Source of the DNA: Veleropilina oligotropha
Lineage: Eukaryota
Assembly: GCA_048128005.1 (NCBI GenBank)
Contig: JBEUKZ010000100.1
Span: 124,001 to 188,000 of the forward strand
Reading direction: 5' to 3'
Length of the DNA stretch: 64,000 bases
The translations under genes were made by a program, and so were the position numbers. The notes beneath the pieces are model-generated. The model saw only the letters and a program-made list of their open reading frames with translations, was not told the DNA's origin and ran no database searches. Below are positions 54,501 to 62,393 of this stretch, in pieces; within the stretch, counting starts at the first letter, position 1; each line of letters starts with the position of its first letter.

Positions 54501-57500
54501 GTCGAGTTTTGAGATGGGACATCGTAATAAGGAATCAATAATGTAACTAAATTGACATCCTTACCTTCTTGTATTTGTTTTCTTAATGACGACGACATTA
54601 AATCCATGTGTGGAATATCTGCGGGCGAAACCCCACACGTGCGCGGACGTGTCGACTCGTAGTTCCACTGGTGTGGTACGGACGCTGCGGGAGGGGGAAT
54701 GGGCGGGGGTACTGGCGCTCCGGTACTGGTAGGGAAGGACGGGTGCGACGGTCGCGTTCCGGAAGTGTTTCCCGCATAAACTTGCCGTAGCGTGATGGGG
54801 GGTGGGGTTTCGTTTTTTTGCATTATCGTCGCAAAGATTTGACTCATACTCGATACAGTTTGGCTTATGATGTCCTGTATCATGGGCGCCGCCATGTTGT
54901 TATCCCGAACTTCTGTCGTGGCTGACGGAGAAACCCGATCGGTTTCCGTTAGATGCACACACGGTGACCCAGATTTGCTTGCTCCGATGCCAGGCCGTGC
55001 TTCTTCACCACTCAAATTAGCGGCCGCCGAGTTATTCTGGAGAACGATTTCACTTTCACCAGAAGGAATTGATGACATGTTAATACTGTTATAAATTACA
55101 GAGCCCGAGGTATTTGCGTTTTTCACATTGTCCGCGTATAATCGCCGCAGCGTTGCTAGTGAAAATGTTGTTGCCGTCAAAATGTTCGCTTGCGATAATT
55201 CAGCGCAAATGTTCGCTTGCGATAATTCAGCGCGAAGTTTCGCAGAACTCCAGTTGCGATAATTAGTCATATCCAACGTTTCATCAGATGTCTTTGGTCG
55301 TTTTCGACCTACGAGACGCCATTTTTGTTTTCGCGAACAGCCAAATTAATGAATAAATCTCGGGTAAATATCACCCAAAACACAGCACCAATGACGCATC
55401 CTCGCGTGTATATATGTAATGCGAACAAGTGTTGTCCTTTGTTCTCCAGAATTAAACAAAAATATATATAAGATCTTTTAAATCGATGTCGAATATAGCG
55501 CTGTTGCCAGATGCGAAGCAGCTTCTCTCCGATATAAACCAAACTGATCACGTGACAGAAATCAACTGCATTGACCATTGGTATGCTGACCTGTATTATG
55601 TAATGTCCGGTTAGACATGACTGAGCACTGTGCTCCGTAAATGATAGAGTGAACAGAGCTCTAATAATAACTCTCCATAAAAGGTTGTATAATCGATGAC
55701 TTGCTCATTAATGTTATAAACAATGCTTAATATTTAAGCTGCAAAACAACTTTTTTATGGGGTCAAAATTCAATATGACACCTGAGTGTACAAAGATTAT
55801 CTGCAACGGATACCACCACCACCTCAAAGGGTAGGGGGGAACTTAGGAGAAATGTACTTGGTATATGATAACAGACAATGATACTGGACAAAGATCCCAT
55901 ATTGGTAATAAGGTAAAATAAACAAAAATAAATGCTTTACTGGCAATATTTTTTGTATAATCATACAGGAAATAAAACCCCCATGAAGTTTGGTTGTGAC
56001 ATAAAGAAGAAATGACTTACGTCAAATTTTGATGTATCATGCTGGGGAGCCAGGGTGCATGGGTTCAGAGAGTTAAGTCACACAGAACACTAAATTCTCT
56101 CAATTCTCTACGGCAGTGAAAACGATTAATTTTACTTTGCAAGAAATATACTTACTGTGAATCTGTAGTTAATGTCGTAAGTAAAGATGAAGGTGATATA
56201 CTCGAGATCAGTTACATAGCACTTTTCAGGGCGACGAGCTTTTTGTAACAAAGTTTTGGTCAATTCTTCTCCTGGGAAAAAAGAGGTTTTATATTATTAG
56301 ACTATAGCACCTGATGAGCTCTTTGCCAATTGTATGAACTTCCAATTATTACAGCAATGAAACCACAACCCAAGGGACAATGAAATCACAGTCATTTAAC
56401 AATAAGTGAAACTAAAGCTATCACAGTAGTGATCACATGCCCCCACGAAAGCATTTGACCCAGGAACAGGCTGTTGCATACATACATGAAGTTCATGTCC
56501 TTCAGTCAAATATTATGGGAGATATGGAGCGGAAGGGAATTTTAGACTGAATGCAGTCAAGTGTAAAAAGTAGGTCGCAGTGACCTACTTTTGGTACGCG
56601 ACATACCTTTCAGTTATGATGCATACATATATGAAGTTTCATGTCCCTCGGTCAAATAGTATGGGAGATGTGGAGCGAAAGCGAATTTTGGATCAAATGT
56701 GGTCAAGCGTGGAAAGTAGGTCGCAGTGACCTACTTTTGGTACCCGACACACCTTGGATTATGACACATAAACACATCAAGTTTCGTGTACCTCGGTCAA
56801 ATAGTACGGAAGATATGGACCAGAAGGGAATTTTGGACCAAATGAAAAGTAGGTCGCCGTGACCTTCTTTCGGTACGGGACACACCTTTGTGTTATGACG
56901 CATGCACAAATGAAGTTTCGTGTCCCTCGGTCAAATAGTATAGGAGATATGGAGCGGAAGGGAATTTTGGATTAAGTGCAGTCAAGCATGAAAAGTAGGT
57001 CGTGGTGACCTACTTTCGGTACGCGACACACCTTTGGGTTATGACGCATGCACACATCAAGTTTCGTGTCCCTCGGTCATATAGTGTCCAAGATATGGAG
57101 CGGAAGAGAATTTTGGATTAAATGCAGTCAAGCATGAAAAGTAGGTCGTGGTGACCTACTTTCGGTACGCGACACACCTTTGGGTTATGACGCATGCACA
57201 CATCAAGTTTCGTGTCCCTCGGTCATATAGTGTCCAAGATATGGAGCGGAAGGGAATTATGGATTAAGTGCAGTCAAGCATGCAAAGTACGTCGTGGTGA
57301 CCTACTTTCGGTACGCGAAACACCTTTGGGTTATGATGCATGCACACATCAAGTTTCGTGTCCCTCGGTCAAATGGTGTCCAAGATATGGAGCGGACGGG
57401 AATTTGCAACAGACCGACAGACCGACGGACAGACAGACAGACAAGCTGACTCCTATATGCCCCCCAAAACTTCGTTTGTGGGAGCATAAAAGTAATAACA

Positions 57501-60500
57501 TGAAGACAAAGACATCACTATAATTTTAATCCGAGCAGTCAGATAAGTGACAGTTAATAATTTAGTTTCACGACCACCTTATCGCAGTCGAGACACCCGG
57601 TTTAATGTCTCACTCTGATATAGTCGACATGTATTAAGCGATCTACCAGACTGTCTCAGTTGAGTGGCAATCACGCTAGCCAATCACCTGCCGATGCAGC
57701 GGTGTGACAAGTTAATTGAGAGCCATGCTCTTATCAAATACACCAAATATGCTACCTCTTAAGTGCTATTTGAATGTGCCCTATTCAATAATATTGTAAC
57801 AATATTCATTGGTTAAAATCATTCTAGTGGAGCTTGTGAATTGTGAATTTATTTCAGCCCATGCATCATAGTGGAGCTTGGTATCAGTTGCAATGATATT
57901 ACCATGTTTCTTGCTTTTATGCTTCTTTTTGCCACCCTTTTTGCTATGTCGATCTTCTACTTCTGAACACGACATCAAATCGAGTCGATGATCGCAGACT
58001 GGTGTATGACCTTCCAAACAATCACAAAACTTCAGTTGATCTGGCTCGTCGGCCGGTGTGCCGCAGTAGCCCTCAAAATAGCTCCCAGCGAGGTCAACCC
58101 TACAACAAATCACAATGTTTCATAGGTGCAAATCAAGTACATTCAACAGTGAATTTTTTCAAGCCTTGTGCAACCTGGTATTTTTTGCATACAAGAAACA
58201 AAAAAAACTAAAATAATTGATTGAACAGCAAATATTAAAGGAACTAATAACTAAAGGTATGATCCTCATACAGGCCTGATGGTATACAATGCATATACTG
58301 TATATACCAAATATAAAATGTGTAGGTCCAGCGATTTGTCTTCTATGTGACAGAAATCAATCTTCCAAGTGATATAATGTAGATGCATGAAAATAACCTT
58401 GACCCCATCTTTGAACTTACTCATAGTATATCGCATATGAATTGTGTTGGTCTAGAGATTTGTCTTCTATGTGACAGAAAGCAATCATCCAAGTGACAGA
58501 AGGTAAATACACAAAATTACCTTGACCTTGGACACAGTGATGGGATATACAAGGTGTATATCAAATATGAAAGGTGCAGGTCCAGCGGTTCGTTTTTAAA
58601 TTGACAGAAAGCAATATTCAAAGCTATATAGCAAAATTACACGAAAATGGCATTGACCTTTGACCCCATCTTCGAACTTAGCTAAGGCTTGATGGTACAA
58701 AAGGTGTATACCAAATATGAAAGGTACATCCACCGGTTCGTCTTTTATGTGACAGAAACAACCAGCAGATGAAAATGCCAGTCCACCGCTATAGCCCTGC
58801 AGGTAGGCCAAAAATCATACGAGTTGCATTTTGATGAACATCTTTAACATTTATCACTGTATCACTGAAATTAACTCCAGTATGTATCATGTCCATCACA
58901 AACAGCAGAACACTTGTGTACCTCCAACTCAAAGAGAATTCATCTGGGTCCCCATGACCACCATAATATTGATCGTTAGACATCAGCAAATCATTGGATT
59001 TGTCATCATCAAAAGTTCCACAGAGACCTGCAAAAGACAATAAAATATTCAACTATTATACGTGTACAAAAGGACAGGAAGAATTGTTGACAATTGCAAA
59101 CTACCACAACAATTTATCACCAATAAATCATTTGCACATTAATGATGAAATTCATGTTGATTGAATATGTCCATTGAGAACACGTACCAACGGTGCTCAT
59201 ATAATCTGCCGCGGAGGCCTTGAACCATATATTGATGAATGAACTATACTTCTTTCTCTTGCTCATCTCAATAGTCAGTACGCTTCCTGTTGGTAGCTCC
59301 ACCTGTAATGAAGGGAAGGCAAATCTGATGCAATGGGTTCTTTGATGTTTATTGTCTGCAGTCATATTGAGAGAAAAGGAGAGCACATATTTTCTGGTGA
59401 CATCCAACCACTCTGGAATGATTAGCAATGGATAAAAGAATTCTCCAGTGTTTGTATGCGCCAATGTTTGAATGTGCCCACTTCAAACAGACTACCAGCA
59501 TGCATTATAAATATTGACGACGTCACAAGATGTATCAGGGGCGTCGCAACCATTTTCATGTTAGGGGGGTACCACCAACAAAGGGCACGTTACTTGTAAA
59601 GACTATATTACAAAGAGCGACACTTTAAAATCACATATTTATAAGCCCAAGATAATGCACGTACGCGCGCCTATTGTTAGGCCTATCCCAGATAAACCTT
59701 AAATGGAAAAAGCTGGAGTGTTACTGTCAGTGTGTAGCCTACAACTTTAGACTGTTTGGTATACGTGACTTTCTAGGGGCGTGTATAGGAATTCAATTTA
59801 GAGAAGGGTTCCGTTTTTTATTGAGTTTACTATCAACGGTGTGCGTGGGGATGGGGCCCCGTGCGCAAGATACTTGATACTGTGAAATAACTTCTCCTGC
59901 GTTCTGAAGCTGCAAATGGATGTGTTTAGAGAGTCATTTTTGCATCATTACATCATTCATTGCATTCGCAAATCATTCATTCTATCTGACAAAAACAGAC
60001 TCAGTATAACCTACATATACGATTTGTTGGGATTGATGCGTTATGTCTCATTTTACCACCATTAGGTTCATACCAGGGAACATGCATAATTAGGGTATTA
60101 TTGCTAGAACAAAGCCCGAACGCCAAGGAAAGGCTGCCCTCGCCGAATAATTAAAGAGTTAAGGACAATAATTGTGTCTGTTAATTCAACAAAGTGTCTA
60201 GCCAAGCATTCAAACCACCCTGATTAACAGAAACGACACGTAGGGTATTTTGGTTTATGCGAGAAGTAAATTGTGGAACTCCGCCTGATACACTGTAGAC
60301 AGTCAGAAGTGTGTGTAAATTCGAAAGGGAATATGGACGAAAGATTCCCCCTCTCTTGTTCTGCGCCATAAAACCATGACAGCCTTCACTGCCTGAAACA
60401 GGAGCATTGGGATTCACTAAATCAGGGTTTTGGGCCCCTAAATGGGCTTAATATCAAAAGCCATATCGCGAAAAACACGATGCCCGCCTGCAAAAGACCA

Positions 60501-62162
60501 TGGAATCACGAAAGTAGCAAGTCCTAATCCGGGATATAGGGGACGGAAACATGACATGCGAACACTGGAAACAGTCCTGAAACTTTCATCTGAACAATGA
60601 CAATTATATGGGGAAACTTCAAAGGGGACAAGATCTAGAGAAAGAACAGATATCCTTGATTACGTTAACAACAATATTAGTCAAATACACCTTCAGCAGG
60701 CCTATTCAGCATATGCGACGGCACTTCTACCCAAAAATTTAGAGGGGTAAATATCCCCCTTACCCCCCGGTCGAGGCGCTCCTGTGTACAGCTCTTAAAT
60801 GAACTTTACAGAGGGATTCTGTCATTTGGGATAATTCTGTATTTTCAGTACATGCATGTATTTGTGTCATTTTGGGGTGCTCTTTGCAAAAGTAATTTAT
60901 TCACGTCGTTAGGTATAACATGTATACATGAAAATGTATAGCATGCAGCATAGGCATAGCAATTTTATAGTATTCCTACAATAATCAGGCCCCAATAGTC
61001 ATCCAAACATGACCGTACATGCAATACCTACCTGGTACTTCTTGTTACCATAGCGATGAACCCGTGTGCCCGGGGTGAGCTCTCCGTTGAGGTACATTCG
61101 GATATCAAGAGGATTGTGTTTAACTTTCTTTCCTCCATCAGGGTCGCAGCTATCGAAGACGATGGTATCGTCGCCGGAACGTACTGCCACGCCACAATTA
61201 CAAGAAGCCTTGCCGTTGCACGTTTGATAAAAGGAATGAATCTGTAGAATAATCAACATGAGAGTGACACACCAATTGTATCCTCTACACTAAGTCTTAT
61301 ATCTTTGGTATGGGTTAATATTCAAGCTGAGTAGAGAGGGCCTCAAGGATGAATTGAGTTCTTTAAATAAAAATAAATCATTAGTATTCTGAACGCTGTG
61401 AATGGCCCTCCATGGGCCCTTCTACTTGGAAGAGGTAGTGATAAGAACAATATTGGCAATTTTCAAAATAGCTTCTGCAGCGTCATTGAAAATCGAATGT
61501 ACCAAGGAGATGTACCAATTAAAATAGTAATTCTTACAGGTCTGGCTGAGTAGCGATAAAAAGACTTTAAAATTGTCCATCATGATAGTCATCTGAAAAG
61601 TTGGACAGTTCTGAATTTAATATCGTTTTGAATCAACTAGAGACAGAGCCCAAAAAGCAAGTCTCGGTCTGTTTTGAGGAGTAGCCATAACGAGGAAGCT
61701 GCCGGACGATGTGCCGCCGGATAAAGTCTCCTGGACCTTGACCTATCAATTGGTTGTAATAGAAATGTTGGCACGACGATAATTTAATATTATGAAACTA
61801 TTCATGGATGACATGGATAATAAATAGTAAATGTAGATTTACTTACTTTGAAACAAAATTTTTGAACTGATTGCGACAATTTAATAATTTTACAGTCGTG
61901 TCCGCAGTACTACTCAAAAGTAGGGGTCTATATATGATAGGCGGACACTGTACACATGTAATGAAGTAGCAGGATACCAGGTAGCTAATCGTAGTCCAGC
62001 ATCATAACCACTAGGTTACATGAATAATTCATTATAATGTACAGTACACAACTATATCAACATGCTACGTTATGTCAACACAAGGTAGTCATGATTACCT
62101 CATACGGCAAGGTCGTGTGTCGATACAAAACAAATTCTCCTTGTAGGAAATTCTCGTAATTT
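4383..62162 (-). CDS. Partial multi-exon gene (22 exons, about 1,300 aa in window): von Willebrand factor D and EGF domain-containing (VWDE-like) protein with a repeated VWD module and a LamG/ConA-like domain
   Basis: 22 exons with canonical AG/GT boundaries; phases chain without a break. VWD hallmarks (C..NDPH..TF, GEF.LY.H, C.C.VA.RSG, GLCG.FD/YD, SWR) and an EGF unit (C...C.NNG.C..G.C.C..GW.G.DC). Start and stop are outside the window. Confidence 0.9.
6819..7050 (+). mobile_element. Short HINE/Helentron-like element
   Basis: aactag head, (GGAC/GGGAC)n microsatellite, 3' hairpin gccacc..ggtggc followed by ataaaaa. Confidence 0.65.
7256..8551. repeat. 35-bp tandem array (GTCAGAGCTTCCAGTCCCTCTTATAGTAGTCCCAG) x37
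   Basis: Direct periodicity, 1,296 bp. Confidence 0.97.
9937..12146 (+). repeat. 5' LTR (2,210 bp)
   Basis: TGTCGCG...CGCCACA; about 14 substitutions versus the 3' LTR, counted by eye. Confidence 0.96.
12151..12169 (+). promoter_or_regulatory. Primer-binding site complementary to the tRNA-Leu (AAG/TAG family) 3' end
   Basis: TGGTGGCAGCGGTGGGATT, 4 nt after the LTR, is the reverse complement of AATCCCACCGCTGCCACCA. Confidence 0.9.
12165..12390 (+). repeat. Five G-rich leader repeats (GACGTGCCCRGGG) in the Gypsy 5' UTR
   Basis: Cores at 12174, 12223, 12263, 12314, 12356. Confidence 0.85.
12634..13900 (+). CDS. gag: Gypsy Gag (one apparent extra A in the A8 run near 13290)
   Basis: P..YSG...F.DWL.HF......NQW, L..RF, Q...ETL and F.DA motifs of retrotransposon Gag; two overlapping ORFs joined at a homopolymer. 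Confidence 0.88.
13891..13949 (+). promoter_or_regulatory. Candidate -1 ribosomal frameshift signal (G TTA AAT plus H-type pseudoknot)
   Basis: pol is in the -1 frame and open from 13891; stem1 13902-13910/13926-13934, stem2 13915-13920/13944-13949. Confidence 0.75.
13951..17586 (+). CDS. pol: Gypsy Pol: protease, reverse transcriptase, RNase H, integrase (frameshifts near 15630 and 16850)
   Basis: FLIDSGS protease, LPFGL/YIDD RT, LDTDASD RNase H, HHCC zinc finger, DDE core and GPY motif. Confidence 0.95.
17762..18320 (+). repeat. Six-unit structured tandem array (81-98 bp period) in the Gypsy 3' UTR
   Basis: Invariant AAAATCTATTTACGACTCCGAA ending at 17810, 17908, 17991, 18089, 18170, 18251; AGATT..AATCT hairpin in each unit. 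Confidence 0.9.
18877..18887 (+). promoter_or_regulatory. Polypurine tract
   Basis: AAGGAAGGGGG 3 nt before the 3' LTR, preceded by the hairpin AAGCTTCG-GGA-CGAAGCTT. Confidence 0.9.
18891..21100 (+). repeat. 3' LTR (2,210 bp)
   Basis: Near-identical copy of 9937-12146. Confidence 0.96.
21827..21972. repeat. 17-bp minisatellite (CCATCAGGGAGATCTCT)n, about 8-9 copies
   Basis: Direct periodicity. Confidence 0.9.
22365..22567 (-). CDS. VWDE-like exon, Cys-rich plus Lys-rich linker B (VQTEDSLFNGYC...KGKRKKNKR)
   Basis: ttgcag/gtaggc; 203 nt, phase 2-1. Confidence 0.85.
22727..22835 (-). CDS. VWDE-like exon, VWD copy B C-terminus (GLCGSYDDNVENE...YSESWR); not in ORF track
   Basis: tttcag/gtaagc; 109 nt, phase 1-2. 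Confidence 0.9.
23139..23250 (-). CDS. VWDE-like exon, VWD copy B (VHLPTGGVIRL...ASSVDYQNTI); not in ORF track
   Basis: ccttag/gtatgt; 112 nt, phase 0-1. Confidence 0.88.
23802..24017 (-). CDS. VWDE-like exon, VWD copy B (IHIFFRPCGKKIASCNCAVAIRSGDD...KEYK)
   Basis: tttcag/gtaaca; 216 nt, phase 0-0. Confidence 0.9.
24232..24498 (+). mobile_element. tRNA-derived SINE with (CCT)n tail
   Basis: A-box TAGCGCAGTGG, B-box-like GGGATCGACCC, core ccggggtttcctccc, TSD CATATATATAC; second copy at 31521-31785. Confidence 0.88.
25190..25380 (+). mobile_element. Degenerate SINE fragment (CORE/Deu/Nin-type central domain)
   Basis: cacccag...taaatgggtacctgg motif and aaagcgc tail-like end; recognised by recall only. 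Confidence 0.4.
25385..26400 (+). mobile_element. HINE/Helentron-like element with about five 160-185-bp internal tandem repeats
   Basis: Repeated gatggctattgattaacatcgaaaa units; gacagacggac followed by gcccc...ggggcataaaaa hairpin end. Confidence 0.7.
27480..28200 (+). pseudogene. L2/CR1-group LINE reverse transcriptase fragment
   Basis: QSAYR..HSTET, LLDLSAAF.TIDH, GV.QGSVL.P, YADD, VRNLG across three frames. Confidence 0.9.
29170..29420 (+). pseudogene. Tc1-type transposase fragment
   Basis: Translates to VIFSDESRFTLKFADGRVRVWHRRRERY...GGSVMVWGAF...NLTAAQYRDQVL with stops and frameshifts. Confidence 0.85.
30544..30752. repeat. (AT)n and (GGT)n microsatellites
   Basis: Direct reading. 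Confidence 0.9.
31521..31785 (-). mobile_element. tRNA-derived SINE, inverted near-identical copy of 24232-24498
   Basis: TSD TCTGTTTTCGA (31510-31520, 31786-31796); inserted in a HINE-like repeat that ends near 31997. Confidence 0.88.
32183..32246 (-). CDS. VWDE-like exon, VWD copy B (KFDNFLVGEFLLYQHATLPYA); not in ORF track
   Basis: ttgcag/gtaaga; 64 nt, phase 2-0. Confidence 0.9.
32753..32829 (-). CDS. VWDE-like exon, start of VWD copy B (INVRDNDKGAICSSMNDPHIKTFHK)
   Basis: tttcag/gtatgt; 77 nt, phase 0-2; DPH motif. The acceptor actually used is ambiguous because it is tandemly repeated. Confidence 0.85.
32826..33180. repeat. 45-bp minisatellite overlapping a splice acceptor, 7 good copies plus a degenerate one
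   Basis: CTGAAAGTGAA at 32830, 32875, 32920, 32965, 33010, 33055, 33100. Confidence 0.95.
33455..33850 (-). CDS. VWDE-like exon (IDTTELTLIEG...STVPP...KATIDSLKDQD...RVK)
   Basis: tttcag/gtaatt; 396 nt, phase 0-0. Confidence 0.88.
33980..35209. mobile_element. hAT5-type MITE with a nested minus-strand HINE-like element (about 34600-35022, internal duplication of about 170 bp)
   Basis: TIRs CATGGTTCGTACAA / TTGTGCGAACCATG; 5-bp TSD AAGTA; subterminal ttcaagga repeats. Confidence 0.82.
36050..37300. mobile_element. Non-autonomous element with a long terminal palindrome (Crypton-like, tentative)
   Basis: About 157-bp imperfect palindrome 36055-36211 centred on ccgaggcgttagccgagg; ttctcgcacct (36216) inverted at 37290-37300. 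Confidence 0.5.
37556..37651 (-). CDS. VWDE-like exon (IYCEVIACEKSC...SEVLRFGIE)
   Basis: tgtcag/gtaagg; 96 nt, phase 0-0. Confidence 0.8.
38302..38516 (-). CDS. VWDE-like exon, Ig-like (FPVMTVKPEI...RCSF...YDVHWYIDG...)
   Basis: tttcag/gtaggt; 215 nt, phase 1-0. Confidence 0.85.
39096..39731 (-). CDS. Single symmetric exon encoding a laminin-G/concanavalin A-like domain
   Basis: tttcag/gtaatg; 636 nt, phase 1-1; L.LNG..QYIDVG, C.GD...C..G.T, SW....GL.VYVN motifs. Confidence 0.85.
39764..40644 (+). mobile_element. Helentron/HINE-like element with internal tandem repeats of about 120 bp
   Basis: Head aactagagctatcacaggagtgatc, repeats (tcaagtttcgtgtccctcggtcaaatagta..agatatggagcgg), acag microsatellite, 3' hairpin. 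Confidence 0.8.
40820..40891 (+). mobile_element. L2-type 3' tail remnant
   Basis: tgtactgcgcttagag...gcattataaat followed by (TAA)n. Confidence 0.5.
41065..41179 (-). CDS. VWDE-like exon (TDICTIDGQCYENG...SMTSWTELR); not in ORF track
   Basis: gttcag/gtaagg; 115 nt, phase 0-1; C.IDG.CY motif. Confidence 0.85.
41220..41361. repeat. 27-bp minisatellite (AAGACTCAAGACGTAGTGCTGAATATA) x about 5
   Basis: Direct periodicity. Confidence 0.9.
41595..41804 (-). CDS. VWDE-like exon (RVDASLTGG...VSNYG...YDSICVVCNKTECQPR)
   Basis: aaatag/gtgagt; 210 nt, phase 0-0; VSN.G and YDS.C..C motifs. Confidence 0.85.
42213..42516. repeat. 36-bp minisatellite (CCAGGCTTACCTCCCCTGGCCAATAYGGGYGGGCTA) x about 8.5
   Basis: Direct periodicity. 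Confidence 0.95.
42740..42930 (-). CDS. VWDE-like exon (ICECLEGWVGADCS...GENF...TCHLEILH), EGF second half plus Ig/IPT-like start
   Basis: ttatag/gtaagt; 191 nt, phase 1-0. Confidence 0.88.
42985..43220. repeat. Degenerate 45-52-bp minisatellite (cgatcggtggaag.ctacagctacaggccca) x5
   Basis: Direct periodicity. Confidence 0.85.
44036..45430 (+). mobile_element. HINE/Helentron-like element with repeats of about 145 bp; related end fragment at about 45985-46160
   Basis: aactag head; repeated aaaatggc..gccatcttggat and tgaatcaaatcggat units. Confidence 0.65.
44208..44730. mobile_element. hAT5-type MITE nested in the HINE
   Basis: TIRs CAGGGTCCGATTTACC / GGTAAATCGCTCCCTG; 5-bp TSD AAGTG. Confidence 0.82.
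46699..47756. mobile_element. Degenerate TIR element (GG...CC ends, Zator-like, tentative)
   Basis: ggcaaaaaaaaagttttgtttctggttt versus aaaccagaaacagaatacatttttgtatggcc. Confidence 0.45.
49117..49768. repeat. 19-bp minisatellite (GCCAAYGCCACTCTACCCA) x about 34
   Basis: Direct periodicity. Confidence 0.96.
50374..50560 (-). CDS. VWDE-like exon (ITDDIDWA...CSSICQNNGTCVE), EGF first half
   Basis: cgacag/gtattc; 187 nt, phase 0-1. Confidence 0.88.
50944..51099 (-). CDS. VWDE-like exon (ALSWPTDSGL...GCVADLQ)
   Basis: attcag/gtattt; 156 nt, phase 0-0; WPT.SG and C..D.Q motifs typical of VWDE-like proteins. Confidence 0.88.
52634..53748 (+). mobile_element. Internally deleted pogo/Tigger-like (Tc1/mariner) DNA transposon
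   Basis: 24-bp TIR CTGTAATACATGATATTTTTGCGT, TA TSD; DDE_1 C-terminal remnant QPMDVSVN...LKPLHAKW...GWRKAGI (53185-53421). Confidence 0.88.
53833..55322 (-). pseudogene. gag: DIRS/Ngaro-type Gag (ORF1), frameshifted near 55310 and 54040
   Basis: 417-aa ORF (I.EGKDVNL..LL, LT..EF..AFG.YK, ELD.YE, FYEYH..FS, DW) plus CNNFN...C....C...H.C..C....H....C in the adjacent frame. Confidence 0.75.
56156..56271 (-). CDS. VWDE-like exon (EELTKTLLQKARRPEKCYVTDLEYITFIFTYDINYRFT); not in ORF track
   Basis: ttttcccag/gtaagt; 116 nt, phase 1-0; paralogous to 4383-4489. Confidence 0.85.
56410..57490 (+). mobile_element. Helentron/HINE-like element, same family as 39764-40644, with more internal repeats
   Basis: Shared head, 120-bp repeats, gacag microsatellite and hairpin tail. 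Confidence 0.8.
57903..58099 (-). CDS. VWDE-like exon, Cys-rich plus Lys-rich linker A (VDLAGSYFEGYC...KKHKSKKH)
   Basis: ttgtag/gtaata; 197 nt, phase 2-1; paralogous to 22365-22567. Confidence 0.85.
58245..58815 (+). mobile_element. Degenerate HINE-like element with internal repeats
   Basis: Repeated ccaaatatgaaagg, gtgacagaaa and ccttgacc motifs. Confidence 0.5.
58922..59027 (-). CDS. VWDE-like exon, VWD copy A C-terminus (GLCGTFDDDKSND...FSLSWR)
   Basis: ttgcag/gtacac; 106 nt, phase 1-2; GLCG...SWR VWD signature. Confidence 0.9.
59188..59302 (-). CDS. VWDE-like exon, VWD copy A (VELPTGSVLTIE...ASAADYMSTV)
   Basis: ttacag/gtacgt; 115 nt, phase 0-1; paralogous to 23139-23250. Confidence 0.88.
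59536..60784. mobile_element. hAT-like MITE
   Basis: Imperfect TIRs CAGGGGCGTCGC / GAGGCGCTCCTG; flanks TGTAT / TGTAC (5-bp TSD with one mismatch). Confidence 0.6.
61032..61241 (-). CDS. VWDE-like exon, VWD copy A (IHSFYQTCNGKASCNCGVAVRSGDD...KKYQ)
   Basis: ctacag/gtaggt; 210 nt, phase 0-0; paralogous to 23802-24017. Confidence 0.9.
62099..62162 (-). CDS. VWDE-like exon, VWD copy A (NYENFLQGEFVLYRHTTLPYE)
   Basis: ttttag acceptor, gtaatc donor; 64 nt, phase 2-0; paralogous to 32183-32246. Confidence 0.9.
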
Positions 62163-62393
62163 CTAAAAAGAAAGGTATGCTTATTACTTACAACTGACCA
62201 ATTCTGAGAACATTTAGAACAAACCAGTGCTGATGGTTTGTAAAATGAAGGAGAGTAAAAAATTACTCTCCTAAAAATGCCGAGGAGAGCAATAGTTGAC
62301 TCTCGCAAAAGAAACGAGCAATAGGTAAAAATAACTATTTTTGATGTAAAGGATCTTTTGTCATTGTGTGATTAAATTTTATACAATATACTA

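Larger units (their letters stand above)
51880..55600 (-). mobile_element. Decayed DIRS/Ngaro-type tyrosine-recombinase retrotransposon (gag, RT N-terminus, 3' non-coding region; boundaries approximate)
   Basis: Gag-like ORF with a terminal Cys/His finger, followed by TPINIEQLKIELKTHENKQFVN|YLI typical of the DIRS RT start; RT core, RNase H and YR not found. Confidence 0.7.

Noticed and set aside
22365..62162. Two separate tandem VWDE genes
   Set aside because: No stop, UTR or start exon found between the modules and splice phases are continuous; not formally excluded without cDNA
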